Shown one piece after another: positions 12,379-26,011 of a DNA stretch of 64,000 nucleotides (positions within the stretch are counted from its first letter, which is position 1; each line of letters starts with the position of its first letter). A program made the translations under genes and the position numbers. A model generated the notes under the pieces. That model saw only the letters and a program-made list of their open reading frames with translations, was not told the origin of the DNA and made no database searches. The DNA lies in NCBI RefSeq assembly GCF_040938485.1, contig NW_027271406.1, positions 1,054,001 to 1,118,000 of the forward strand. The letters run 5' to 3'. Source of the DNA: Diadema antillarum (lineage: Eukaryota).

Positions 12379-15300
12379 TGTGCATGTGATATGTCATTCC
12401 AGAATGCCAGCTATGGTGGTCTGGTAGGAGAGAGAAAAATCAATTTGTTGTGACATATGAATGTCATGACATATAATGATATCAATGAAGCAATAACACA
12501 TAAACCCACAACTATGTTGCCTCCTCTATCCCCTTTCATTTCCAGTATTTGAGCAACAAAATTGAAATCACAAATCAAAATAATTTAATAAAGCAAATGT
12601 GCTCATTCATGCTACAATGTATGGTTTACCACACAAGGTGCCTGGCCAGAGCAAACAGCACTTACAGTTACAGTATAAATACAGCATTACTGTAAATTTG
12701 CAATTTTAAGATTGACAGTCAAAATAACACAACAATCATACATGATGTGGTGTACTCATACTAAACAAAATGAAGCATTCTACATGTCTTTTTACACTGT
12801 AAAACACAATATTTTTGCGGCATGAAATTTTCACAAATTTAAAATGCACGCACAAACATTCCTAGTTTTACAGTATGTCCCAGTTTACAGTGAACCGTAC
12901 ATGCAGGCAGATCTATATAAAGAAGATGACTGACATAAAGGTCATAACAGGTTATACCAATCGAAGACAACCAAAAAAAAAAAAGTTGTGCACTTGAAAT
13001 AGGAAATTGAAATTCCAGCTTTACCCTAGATAATGCTTCTAGACTTCCTACCACAGCTACAGTTATTTTCATGCTAGTCAAAACAGACCTGCCAGGGAGT
13101 ATACAATTCATGTGTTATCTCTGGTATGCTCTTTTAAGAATCACTTGCTATTGTTGGAATCGCTTTATCATAGCAATGTTTCAGACTCCACAGGTAGTGT
13201 CCCTTTGTCTGAGCAAGACAGAAAGGAAACCAAACATGCCATCAACTACTCTGGAAGCATTGGTTTTTATTTGTAGGAAATGACACACAGCAAAACAAAA
13301 CAAGAACAAAAAATACAGGTAACTTTCTTATTCTTTCTATTGAATTTTCAAAGACCCATTGTTCTTAAAGTTTTGCTTTATTGAGAAATAGCTCACTGAC
13401 AACAAAAACATCTGATGGATCCAAGCTTTTCAGAGCATGATGCCAGGACTTTTCTTTTTTCTTAAAATCTACATTTTGAAATTATGGCACAGAATTTAAC
13501 TGGATGGTAATTTATCACAGTCTTTCCTAAAACCATTTACCTTTATCAGTTTTTGTTATGTCATTAGCCTTTGGTTCAAGCCCTGACGTAAAATGAAACC
13601 ATGCCATGTTTAAAAAAAGATAGTCTTTACTCTCTGGCAAATGGGTCATAGTAGATGTCTAACAAACAGTTAGTATGAGTACTATGTTGGAGCTGGGCTG
13701 ACATTAGTGGCCAGGTGATTAGTTTTACAACATATTAACTAACTCATTCTGATCAGAGAGGATCACATGGTAAACTTATAAGAGACAATACTGAGACATG
13801 AAAATTTCTGCAACAATGATGCAGAAGCAGGGTGTAATTACTCATACAAAAGATGCAATAACGAAAAGAAGGAGATGTGGGTAACAGTGGTGATGAACCT
13901 ACGTCAGATACAAAGATCACACACAGAGATTTTATGGTGTCAAGCTTCTTGAACTGTGAGCATCCATTCACTTGACACTTAGACCATACATTGTAGAAGA
14001 GCATGATTTTTACTACTTATAAGTAATAAAGACTGCATGAATACATCAGTTAAACATACAGAAATATGAACATGACATACAACCTACTCATATGAATTTT
14101 AACACTTTTCTGTGGGTCTAACCATGTTCATGATTGCATCATTATGACAGTAAAAGTGCAGCATGCATAGTAGCAGGCCAGCGCAGACAAATCGAACAGA
14201 AATAATCATTTTAAAGGCTTTCTGACAGATGGCATGATACAACTACATTAGAACGATGCAGCTGGCTGTAAAACATTTTCTTTTTTTCCTTGCGTTTGAT
14301 TAATCTTGAGTGTATATTTTTGGGAACTCTCAAAACAAAATGTTCATTCTTTTTTTTAATTCTTGGAGCATTCCACTGAGAAAGGTCTCCTGCAAAACAA
14401 ATAATGCATGATACACGCGTGTACTACCCATTCTCTGAAAGACCACGTGTTATATAGTCTTCCAAGCCACCATTACAAATTTTTATACCGAAAATGAAAA
14501 TTCTTCCACCTCCCTGGTCCTACAGCAAGCAGGGCAAGTGGCAGTCAATAAAAATTATCATCACCCAAGGTCAACTCTTTTTAACGAGTCAAACCTCGCT
14601 TGCTCTGTGGCAAATGCACGGTTCCTAATAAAGCCTGATGCACGGTTCCCTTGTTTGCTGCTTCAGATTCAGTAGCGCTACACTGCAAAGCTGCACCAGA
14701 GCGGACAGACAAAAGAGCAGAATTAGATCTATAAAAGATTCAAAACAGAAGCCATCCAATGCCAGAAGAGATAACAATCAGCCTGATACATTTTTAATTA
14801 AAAAAGATTCAGATGACCTTGGACAAAGGTCCAAGTCATCTACGTTTTCATACTGCGCAAGACTTTCTACAAGGTAATACATGGATTTAAAGGCAGGTGA
14901 GGCATGATTAATTGATAACATATCATGGAAATGAGGACACAGGGTCTAGAATAGTAAACTACTCACTTGAATTTCCTGTAAACAAGCATCCCCTCCCATT
15001 TCAATGACACTGGACAGGTTATTGCTAATTTTCCTGTGAATAGCTACATCTTATCTATAATTAATTGCCCTCCAGGGAGTGAAGTGCCTCTGAAAAGGGT
15101 CAATTTCGATATCAGTATGTATATATCCTACCTATCATTGATCATTATCCTATCTATCATCATTTCAAGTAGTATAAATGTGATGGAAGTCAACATATCT
15201 CAGCCAGATCTGACAGAAAAGAATTTGCTCATACAGAGAAAGCAATCACATAACTTCTTCATGGAAAATCCACTTGATGTTCTTGTTGATTTTGATGGAA

Positions 15301-16755
15301 ACCACACAAACAGAACTATGAGATTTTCATAGAAATTGCACAAAATATAAGAAAGTCTTAGAATTTCAAAATTTTGCTGCTTATTCAAGGGGAATGATGC
15401 TCAATTGTAGGTGAAGTTTGGAGAAGATAGAACAGTCCCTTCAAAAGTTATGAATGATTACATTTTCTATGATGTCCCCCTCCATAGGTCAGTTTACCAC
15501 TTGTACCTCAGAACAATATAATCCTGTTCTTCTCCTAGGACCTTGTAATGAGCAGTATATTCAACTGTTCCTATAGTGACAATTACATTTTATCTTATTC
15601 TAAAGTAGTAGTCTATGAAAACACTGTTTTGGGAATGCCATGGAATTGTGTGACTTACAATGTACACATTAGTAGATAAACACATTAAAGTTTTATGGAT
15701 AGAACAATGTAAAAGCGGGCTATACAAACTCAAAGTTGTGAAATCTGTAACTTGTATACAAATGTATGGAAAAGTAACATACAGCTACAGCTACACGGTA
15801 TGCATCTAGACTGTATCTCTCATTTTCACAATCCATAACCACAGTCACACTGGCAAAAGACTGAGAATTAAGATTGCTATCTTAAAGATCCTTAAGTTTT
15901 GCCGGTGTGATTGCAAACTTTCCATGAAACTTCTCACAAACCTTTCTGCTAAACTTCCCACTGAAACCAGGGATATTTCGACACCCCCGCCAAACTTCTT
16001 CTAGTGTAAACCCTAAAAGCTGAAACTTTGAAAACTTTGTCATGTGACCAGTCCACTAACTGTTTCCGGACATGGCCTCAGAAGCAAATGATACGTTCTG
16101 TCTTCTTTCTTGCGCACACGCACGCACTGATGACCCAAACTTCTTGCTCCAAAGATCAAGAAGTTTCACTGCCAGTTTGAACGGATGATCAAAGATCACA
16201 AAGACTTGATCTTTTGCCAGTCTGACCACGCCTATTTACTACTGTACAAACATGTACAATGTATGTGTGACAAGAAAGACAGAAATTGAGAATATGCATA
16301 GTATACTCATATGGATGCTGTGGAACGTAAATATGTTCATAAGTCTGTGACTCTGACCTTGAATTTAACACCTGTGTGTAGCAAAGTATTCTACATTATC
16401 ACATTGCCAATACCCTAAAATCAATTAGTGTGTGAATCACTTTGATTAAGGTTATACAATGTTGACTATTTGTACTGGTGGCATGGGCACAAGGAGAAAC
16501 CATGACTGACACAAAACCTAAATCAATGGGTTTTTTTTTGGGGGGGGGGATGGTAGGGGAGGAGGGGGGGGGGGGCTTAAAGACTGGACTTTTATTTCTT
16601 CATCGTCTCGGTGCATTATTTCTGAACTGGCATGAACAAGGAATTTTTGAGCAAACAATCCTTGGCAAGCAAACAAATTTTGAATAATGAGAACAACCCT
16701 GTGCATAGCGTATTCATGATTGTCCTGAGAGCACCATATTCCCCACTATAATTAT

Positions 16756-18417
16756 GTGACCTTGCACCATAAAACTAACAAAAAGTTGCCAGACATGGAT
16801 TTTTAGTTAAGGACAGAATAATTTTGAAAGAGTAGACCTTAAGCTTTAAAATGAAGTGTAACTCAATTCAAGTGAACTCTCCTCATCTATCTAAATGCGA
16901 GTAGTGAAAAGAAAACATATGCTCTGGAAAAGTGTATTACTGAGAAAGAAGCTCCAAAGTACAATTGCATAAACTCGTATTGGACCCTGCATCACAATAG
17001 TCAAAACCAACAAAGAGTCGCCAGACACTGACACCTAGTAAAGAGCAGTTTCTGAAAGAGCAGACTTTAAAGGGATGGTACTGTATTGATGGAGATGAGA
17101 ATTGGGCTTTTAACTTTTTTGCGAGACACCAAGAAAACACTTATAAATGAAATAGTACAGAGCATACCATTTTAAGAGGAATTCGAAGTTTATTTGATGA
17201 AAATCGGGTTTGGAATGACTGAAACATTCAAAAACAAAGTAAAACAAAGCGATCATAATAAAAGGTGGGTCCTACACTTTATTTGAATCGCTCTGTTTTG
17301 GATATCTCAGCCAATCTAAACTAAATATCATCAAATAAACGTTGAATTCCTCATGGAATTACAAATGCTCTTTCATATTTCATAAGAGGTTTCTCATTAT
17401 CTCACAATAAATTAATGAGAAACCAGAAATTAGGTCTAAACCCAAACCATAAATGATGTATAACTTAATTCAAATGGACTCTCCTAACCTTTCGTAATAT
17501 TGTAAAATTTCTAAAAAAAGCACACACTCCAGAAAAGTGTGAACTGAGAAAAGAGGCTCTGAAGTACAGGGACAGGATGTAAAATGCTGAAGCAACAACG
17601 ATGAAGGGACTACAGTGTATCCGATTAAGCTTAAATTGAGCATGCTTCATTAACACGTTCTGTCCATGATTAAAGGGATGGTACAGTATTGGTGGAGATG
17701 AGAATTGTGACTGGGCTTTTAACTTTTTGCGAGATACCAAGAAAACACTTATGAAATAGTACAGAGCATACCATTTTAAGAGGAATTCAAAGTTTATTTG
17801 ATGAAATTCGGGTTTGGAATCACTGAAACATCCAAAAACAAAGCAAAACAAAGCGATCGTAATAAAGTGTGGGTCCCACACTTTATCAGAATTGCTCTTT
17901 TTTGGATATCTCAGCTGTTTCAAAACCAATTTTCATCAAATAAACATTGAATTCCTCATAGAATTACACGTTCTTTCATATTTCATACGAGGTTTCACAT
18001 TATCTCACCAAAAAATGTTGGAAACCTGAAATTATGTCTCAACCCAAAACTATACAATCCCTTTAATGCCAACTTTTAAAACTCAGTAGTATCATTGTTT
18101 CTAAAGTTATTAAAGTTGAAAGTGAAGAGTTTATATACAGGGTTTTTAAGAAATGAAAATGGGATTCTGTACAGCACACCAAATCACCCTATTCTTTTAA
18201 ATAAATATGTTCAAGAAAAACTGCTAAAAACCTAATTTTCTGTTCGTTTTATGATCCCATAATTTAGCATAATGTAGAAGAAGACTTGCTCAATATTTCA
18301 GAAAATATAAAAAAACTCAAGATTGGATGGGTTGACCCATTTCACCTAATTTGAGTCATGACACAAAATCAGTGCACGTGACTTTTTGTTGGTTTTGTGG
18401 TGCACGGACTAGGTCAC
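16756..18417. mobile_element. Composite: family C copies with two nested family B MITEs
   Basis: C 5' ends at 16756 and ~16983, C 3' end GGTCAC at 18417, B insertions at 17071 and 17674. Confidence 0.7.
17674..18062. mobile_element. TTAA-inserting MITE family B (Kolobok-like), representative copy
   Basis: TTAA|AGGGATGG...ATCCCT|TTAA. Other copies at 17071-~17452 (truncated), 21346-21756, 22531-22925 and 42211-42582. The empty site CCATAA-TTAA-TGCCAAC is visible in the family C copy at ~58815. Confidence 0.75.
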
Positions 18418-20326
18418 ATTTATTTAAACCTGCTAAAAATAGAACAATGATAAAAACAAAACTGCATAGTGCTGTTGTCAACGAATGAAAATGATACACA
18501 TTTACTGCATAATGCACATCATATACAGTACACACAAAAGACAAATCTAGAAACTGGCGTGCAGGCATTTGATAGTAACTTGGGTTTTGATTCTCTTTTC
18601 CGAATTAAATTTCACATCAGATCTTCTCTTAAGATTTCAATTTTTTTTCTTTGTAGTCTATTTGTTACTTTATATCTCAGGACGAATCTTGAATTTAAAC
18701 TTTAACTGCCACTGCAATGAATAATATGCTTGTATACCGCTACACTGTAAATGGTAAATCTGACATGGTATTCTGATAAGAGGCTGAACATGAAAGTGAG
18801 ACTAAAGTAACACCTACAGTTAGTGCAAGAAAGGCAAGTTGAACACAATACATTGTACATGAAATTGTTTTATATATTATTAGTTAAGATCAATGCACTT
18901 CTAATCTCTTGCGAACAGTGCTACATAAGCTTAATAGGAGCATTTTTTCATAAGTCTGCCATGTCAGAGCAATAATTCTGCTTTTAAACCCATTTGCAAC
19001 TGAAATGCCCGAAGCTGCCTGTCCGTTTTGTTTTATAAATGTTTTATGCTCTACCATTTTTGTTTTCATATTTTATAGAATGAATAATTTTCTAATTCTA
19101 AAGAGGTCAAATGTCAACAAAAGTACTGTATGTCATGATTATTCTGTGAAACACGTACCATTCTCTTGGTAAAGTCTCAATAAGCTTTCAAATAAACATA
19201 TCTTTATAATAGACAAAAATAAACTTGCACTGAGCTATTTTACATCATTTTGAAAGTTGATGAAATAAGAGCAATATTGCTATTACCTTCCAGGGAACCC
19301 CAGGCCATTATATACAAAATCTTCAGTTGCTAATGGGTTAAATGTGAAGATATGTGTGCAGTTAGTTTTGTGAGGCCATGACAATGTCATCATTGACACT
19401 TCCTGGGTTGGGTTCAACATCACTGCTCAGTAATAGACCATGCGACATTCTGTGATTCTGTACCTCTCTTACTTTTCATGCAATTTTGTGTTACTTGTAC
19501 TATTTGAATATCCTTTCATATCTCATTTATTTACAGCTATTTTAACTTGAAAAAAAAATGGCATGGATTGCCACTTCTAACAAATTCCATGTGGAATGAA
19601 AAAGAAAATAGCATGATTGCACTTCGAGTATCGTAGGGGAAAAAAAATCAATTTTCGATCTGCGCAACAGTCCTACCCTTAGAGAGAGAAAAAAAAAACA
19701 AACAAAACTAGTACAAACAGATTGTTGAAAGTGCTATTTTATCTAATAATGGCAGTTCCTCCCCAAAGAGGGAAAAAGCTACTAAGGTAGAATACCCTTA
19801 AATCTCCCAAGAAGATTATTGTTATATAATAGGTTTAAGAGGATTGACTCTCAAAGTCAGAGCCAGCTGGTAAATAAAAGAAGCAGACTTATCTATAGAT
19901 AGACAAACTTGTTTTGATCAAAGTGCAGTTTAATGCCAGAATGGGGAGAAACGTATTGTTTAAATTGCAAGCTTTACCCATTTTCCAACAGAGTTTACTC
20001 AAAAAACAACCTTTCACGCAAAATCAGGTATTCCTACGCCCCTGGAAATTGCTACAATTAGCATCAGACATATATACATTAACATCATTTTGAGCATGGA
20101 AATTTCCTTTTCATGCCACAAATGCCTTTTTTTAAGCTTTCAAAATAGAATTTGTGGATTTGAATGGGATGGTTGAGTAGGAAACCCCCCCCCCTAAAAA
20201 AAAAAAAAGATAAATAAATCATTTGAAATCTACTAGCAGCATGCAGGATTGATATTGAACTTAATCAAATCCTAGCACAGACTAGTGTCTTGGAATCTTA
20301 AGTTAGAATCTAACTGCCACGTTACA

Positions 20327-20739
20327 AACTAGGGAAGCACTCTGAGAGCTGTGCCAAGCAGCTCATCTCCACCCATACACGCATGCTGAAAACTGGCCAA
20401 TTTCCCTTCCCAAGAAGCCTCTCGTTTATCATCAGCTTCCAGCTGCGCGGTGCTTCGCCCAAGCAGAGCACATGCTTTAGTGTGCATAGGTGCATGCAAA
20501 CCTCATGCAGCTTGAACATCCAATTTCATTGATCTTTTTTGCCAAATGATAAACAAATTTTCAAAAATTCACAAAAATTCCTGGATTACTACCAAAATCT
20601 AATTATCTGCTCCTTACAAGTGTCATTATCAACTTTTCCTGCAAGTTTCGTACAAATCTGTACACAACTTGAGTTATTTTGCACACAAACAAACCAATGC
20701 CAACAAAAAGATAACCTCCTTTCCTGACAAAGGTAATAA
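20327..20739 (-). mobile_element. Family F copy 4 (reverse orientation, more diverged)
   Basis: AACTAGGGAAGCACTCTGAGAGC...GCCAAGCAGCTCAT is the reverse complement of the F 3' end, and ATAACCTCC...GGTAATAA of the 5' end. Confidence 0.65.
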
Positions 20740-20841
20740 TTTCAAGCTTTACAGAGCTAATATTTGTGAGAGATTGCTCTACAAAAGCATATTTACAATG
20801 GCAGCAAGATGCTTCAGTTTTTAATAGGCATTTACCAAATA

Positions 20842-21010
20842 CAGTGGCCAATGCAGGCGGGGGCGCACTGGGCGTGCAACCCCTCCCATTTTTTGTTAAA
20901 ATAAAAGAACTAAAAAGAAAAAAAATGGAGGGGGTGTGTGCACTCCCCTTTAATTTTGTAAAGATGCCCCCCCCCCCCCCCATTTTACAGAATTCCTGGA
21001 TCTGCCCCTG
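20842..21010. mobile_element. hAT-like MITE with a 5-bp TSD (same family as 29249-29412)
   Basis: AAATA|CAGTGGCC ... GGATCTGCCCCTG|AAATA, with a similar body. Confidence 0.65.
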
Positions 21011-21345
21011 AAATACCCTGTGAAATACCCTGTGAAATACCCACACAAAAATCCACCTCCGAAAGCATTTTTTTTATAACCTCTGTCTTTTATTACCCGA
21101 TTTGGGGGGTTTTATCATCTTTGTCTTGGGGGGGGGGGGGAGGGGAGGGGAGGGAGGGACAATGCAATGCTCGTTCTCTACTCATCATTATCTGGCCATG
21201 TGACTTTCCCCACCCCAGTATTATGCAGGCACAAAGGCTATGACTAGCCTTCATTTCTTCAACCATGGACCTACAAGGATTCTACCTGCCCCACAATACG
21301 GAACAGAACAGGCAGACTGCTTTTCAAATGACTTTATCATGTTAA

Positions 21346-21756
21346 AGGGATGGCACAGTTTCAGTTGAGGTGCAGCTTTAGGTTTCCTACGTTTTTTGAT
21401 GGTGGTTTGGTTTTTTTTTTAGACAATGAGAAACCTCTCATGAAATATGAAATAGCATATAATTCTAAGAGGAATTCAAAGTTTATTTGATGAAAATTGG
21501 TTTTGAAATGGCTGAGATATCCAAAACAAAGCAATCCTAATAAAATGTGAAACCCACCTTTTATTCGGATCACTTCGTTTTACTTTGTTTTTGGATATCT
21601 CAGCTATTTCAAAACCAAGTTTCATCAAATAAACATTGAATTCCTCGTAGAATTATACATGTGCATGCTCTGGAGAACATTTCATAAAGTGGTTTCAAGT
21701 ATCTCGCAAAAAGTTAAAAGCTGAATCCTCACCGCCACCGATACTATACCATCCCT
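21346..21756. mobile_element. Family B MITE
   Basis: TTAA|AGGGATGG ... CCATCCCT|TTGA. Confidence 0.75.
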
Positions 21757-22530
21757 TTGATGAATAACATGCCAGCTACGCTATGCGTTGTTGTTGTTGT
21801 TATTGTTGTTTTCTGCCATTGTAAAGGGTAGCTCAAACTACCTATAGGGCTTCTGTTGTTGTCGTTGTTTTACAAAGTAGAATTTTCTTTGTTGCCCATG
21901 CATGTATGAAAAAAAAAAACAACTCAAACAGTCACTGAATGAAAAATACCAATGGAGGATTTCAAATTTCCTCATAAATCTGAACAACAAAATTGAATAC
22001 AACCTTTTCACTCTTTTGACAAGGAAACGGTGTTTCTAGCCTGTCCTGTTGTGTTGCACTTCTCATTAAATCCAAAACATGGAATATTACACTTTTGCAG
22101 GATCAATTCTTTTCACTGCATTTTCCCTTATGAATCAACTTCATATAAATGCTTTCAAAACGAGTGAAGTGCTGTAAACCGTTAGGAACTTCCCTCATTT
22201 TGACAGTAAGCCAACTGAGAAAAAAAGAAAGGTTATTTGTACTATGTGCATGAGTTAACTCCAAACTGGCTCAGAGTAAATTCCTCGTGCTTGCTACCGG
22301 TACTCTATGCCAGCTTATTAGACAATGCAACAACACAATGAATGCATATCACGTACACTCCTTGCATTCAAACTTCCTAAACTCCAACAAAGAAACAAAC
22401 CCAGCACCATGTCTCAGACAGAATAGCATATTACTGAATAGGGTGGTCTCTCTCCCCCTCTCCCTTTCTGTCTAGCAATGCTCTGTGCAAGCAATCCTCT
22501 GTAAAGCTGATATTGTCTAACAACCTTTAA

Positions 22531-22925
22531 AGGGATGGTAGTTTCAGTTGAGATGGGGGCTTCAGGTTTCTAACGTTTTTTGATGATTTTTTTTTTTTTT
22601 GGAGATAGCAAGAAACCTCATACGAAATATGGAAGAGCATAATTATAATTCTGAAAGGAATTCAAAGTTTATTTGATGAAAATTGGTTTTGAAATAGCTG
22701 AGATATAAAAAAAAATTCTAATAAAAGGTGGGACCCACCTTATGTTAAGATCACTTTGTTTTACTTTGTTTTTTGGATATCTCAGCCATTTCTAAATCAA
22801 TTTTCATCAAATAAACCTTGAATTCCCCTTTGTATGCTCATTACCATTACATGAAGCGGTTTCTAAGAATCTCACAAAAAAGTCAAAAGCTGAATCCTCA
22901 CCTCAACCAATACCATACAACCCCT
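22531..22925. mobile_element. Family B MITE
   Basis: TTAA|AGGGATGG ... CAACCCCT|TTAA. Confidence 0.75.
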
Positions 22926-22929
22926 TTAA

Positions 22930-23014
22930 CCCATTGAGGAAGGACTGATTTTGCCACTACACACATTTCCCATAGACACCTGGCCGAGTATACTCGGGAC
23001 TCATCCTCAATGGG
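22930..23014. mobile_element. 85-bp piggyBac-like mini-MITE (family D); other copies at 37848-37932 and 39968-40052
   Basis: TTAA|CCCATTGAGGA ... TCCTCAATGGG|TTAA, with an internal palindrome CCGAGTATACTCGG. All three copies are 85 bp. Confidence 0.8.
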
Positions 23015-23139
23015 TTAATAGTTCAGAGTACCTCAGTTAAGTGTGACAAGTGTTAGATTTCATGGAGAGGGACAGTCAAAACAACTTGAGCAATGTGACT
23101 GTTACATACAGTCAACTAGGATATCTCCACTTTTCATGC

Positions 23140-23460
23140 AATCACTGAATATGCCGCAAGAACACGGTCCTCAGCGTGGGGATATGGAGTGGTAAGGCTG
23201 GCCTGGCTCATATATTCAATAATCCCTGTAACGAATTGTGTACAGCTTTATCAATAATCTCTGTGTGAGTACACATATACAGCCAAAGAATCTCTATGGG
23301 AGTCTTCTATTAGCGATGAGCGCACACCTATGTACATGGGCACTATTCATGGCTTTTTGAATGTACCCTGGTGGGCAGCCAATGAAGGCCAATTCAATTG
23401 GGCCACACATGTTTTCCCATGCCACTGTGACAGATCTTTAACCTTCTGCACAAAGGAAAT
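23140..23460. repeat. Old dispersed repeat with an inverted homolog at ~37950-38270
   Basis: ACAGCTTTATCA...ACAGCCAAAGAATCT matches the reverse complement of ~38097-38150. Confidence 0.55.
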
Positions 23461-23765
23461 GTAATGCTGTAAACATGGATATTTTTGCCTGATTAGTTTT
23501 TTGTCTTTTTGTTTTTTGTGCTGAGTGGCTCAAAAACATATTTGCGGATTCTTGAATTCACAGTGCGCAACTGTCAACCCATTCAGCAAAATGTACAGAG
23601 AAAATTGTGAAGATATTTTCAAAGGTTTTAGAATTTGTAATAAAGCAGAAGTATCCCAAAATACACAAAAATTCAACTATCGGAAAATTTCTGCATTTAC
23701 AAATTATTTCTTTTCATCATAGTAAATACCCTGGTACCATACATTAACTCAGAAGACTCAGAAGA

Positions 23766-24145
23766 CTCAACCTTACCACTCTGGAAGTCAGAAGGAAGAG
23801 GGGCGACCTCATTCAAGCGTACCGCATCATAACACAGTTAGACAACATCGACCCAAATTCCATCTTCCAGAAAACAATATATCAAGGTACCCGAGGACAT
23901 TCCCAGAAACTTGCAAAGACACGTCCTAGACTGGACGTAAGAAAACACTTCTACAGCCAACGAGTGGTAGACAGCTGGAATAAACTCCCAGAAGATGTCA
24001 TCCAGTCACAGACACTCCTCACCTTCAAAATGAAATTGTCTAAATTGGGTTATTAATGGGCTAAAAAGCTCCCTAAACCCTGCCACATTTGCAATCTATC
24101 TACGTGAAGATGGACGTGTGGCATTTCAAGGTAAATTCAAGGTAA
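23766..24145 (+). mobile_element. 5'-truncated CR1-type LINE 3' end
   Basis: Open frame 23766-24056: LTTLEVRRKRGDLIQAYRII...TRGHSQKL...RKHFYSQRVVDSWNKLPEDVI...FKMKL, the typical CR1 ORF2 C-terminus. A short repeated tail (TTCAAGGT x2) follows. Confidence 0.85.
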
Positions 24146-24735
24146 CCACACAACATTTCCAGCACAAGTTACGGCTGGATTCTGTGTGCTTGTTTGTTTG
24201 TTTGTTTGTTTTATAATAAGTACAGTGACCTTTGACCTTAACCTTCTACCTCCTGTGCGACCACCATTGTAAACATCATTGTCCATTTTTTCTACCTTGA
24301 TTGTCCACAACCTTTACCACCACTGGTCATTCCACACAGTCCAGCTGGTACATTACGCCTAGACTTTCCTATAGATGAACATAATGAAGTTTATTTGATT
24401 GAGAACTACAAACTTTGGCTATTTTAGTCAAATTGCAGTCTAACCTTTGACCTTTGAACCCAAGAGATTCTTTCCCCCTAAAATAATAATCAGCTCATCC
24501 ACAAGTTCTGCAGAAAATCCACAGAACTTTTTGGGGTAACCTCAGTGACTAGATGTGGAACAGATGGACAGACAGAAAAACCAGCCACGAGCACTCTTCA
24601 TTCAGATAGGCAGAGGCATGAAAACATTACTTACTATTTAAAGGGTACATTCTTTTTTAACAAGTTTCTGGCTTTCTCAGAATTGTACCTGCTACATTTT
24701 GTAAACATTCTATATATATCCAAACAATTTTTATT

Positions 24736-24965
24736 NNNNNNNNNNNNNNNNNNNNNNNNNNNNNNNNNNNNNNNNNNNNNNNNNNNNNNNNNNNNNNNNN
24801 NNNNNNNNNNNNNNNNNNNNNNNNNNNNNNNNNNNNNNNNNNNNNNNNNNNNNNNNNNNNNNNNNNNNNNNNNNNNNNNNNNNNNNNNNNNNNNNNNNNN
24901 NNNNNNNNNNNNNNNNNNNNNNNNNNNNNNNNNNNNNNNNNNNNNNNNNNNNNNNNNNNNNNNNN
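24736..24965. other. Assembly gap (230 N)
   Basis: Run of N. Confidence 0.99.
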
Positions 24966-25798
24966 TGGCTTGCTTATCTTGTGAAAAAGAGAACAGACCT
25001 TCCACTTACCATGGACCTACAGTAGGTCCATGCACTTACCATGCAATCCAATCCCCCAGTATTCAACATTGACTAGACAACACAAGACCTTGTTTGTTGT
25101 GTAAACAAATTACAGTGTCCATTCCCACTATCTGTCTGCTGATAAAGTCCCAATGCATGCAACAGGTACCTGGGGATATATGGTGTGTATGTGTTTAAGC
25201 TGCATTCCCACTATCACGATTGGCACCACAACTGAAATCATGGACTTCAATGTGAAACAATCGTGGTGATCTTATAAATTCAGATCATATTAGATCTTGG
25301 GGTCAATTGTGGTAACTGCACTAAAGGTAAACAATTTTAGGACCATGCAATTTCTTCTCTTTTTTTTTCTACCATCAACACAATAGTACAGTGTAGTCAT
25401 CAATCGTGATCTTCACATCAGATCGTCTTGGATTGCAACAAAATGCAACGAATCCCATCTAATATCATGCTTCTTAATCACGTTGCTCGGGATCAACCTA
25501 AATGTTTCACCCTCCTTCCGCTTATTCTTTGCACGTTTGCCTTTATCATTAAACTCAAGGACTATATAATACATTTTCTTTTCCCCAAGGCAGTCACCTG
25601 CATCTTTAGTGAGGTACATTTGTATATAGTGTTTATCATTTCATGAAATCATCTTGTATCATACCATCATTACATTGTAATTATACATGCACGTATACAT
25701 ACACACACACATACACAAAGTAACTCCCCTCTTCTCAAAATGACATAAGTTTTAAAAAGAATGTTTTGGGCAAAAATTTGCCAGTGGCATTTCTATAC

Positions 25799-26011
25799 TA
25801 CTGTAAAAGTGGATATTTTCGCGCGACTAATTTTTCACGCTTGGCCGGGTCAGAGGAGTTTCACGCATTTTTAATTCTGCGGAATCAAGACATCATGCAC
25901 AGGAACATATGGCAGGCAAAAATATTCACGTGCTTTTATTTTCGCACTAGATTCTGGTAGCACGAAATGCGCGAAAATTTCAACACTGCGAAAATTTCCA
26001 CTTTTACAGTA
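25799..26011. mobile_element. Tc1/mariner-type MITE
   Basis: TACTGTAAAAGTGGA ... TCCACTTTTACAGTA. Confidence 0.8.

Noticed and set aside
22926-23460. Family D plus neighbouring old repeat as a duplicated composite (also at 37844-38270)
   Set aside because: The relative order and spacing differ between the two loci, so independent insertions explain it better.
24545-25072. 175-aa and 123-aa ORFs
   Set aside because: Artefacts of translating through the N gap.
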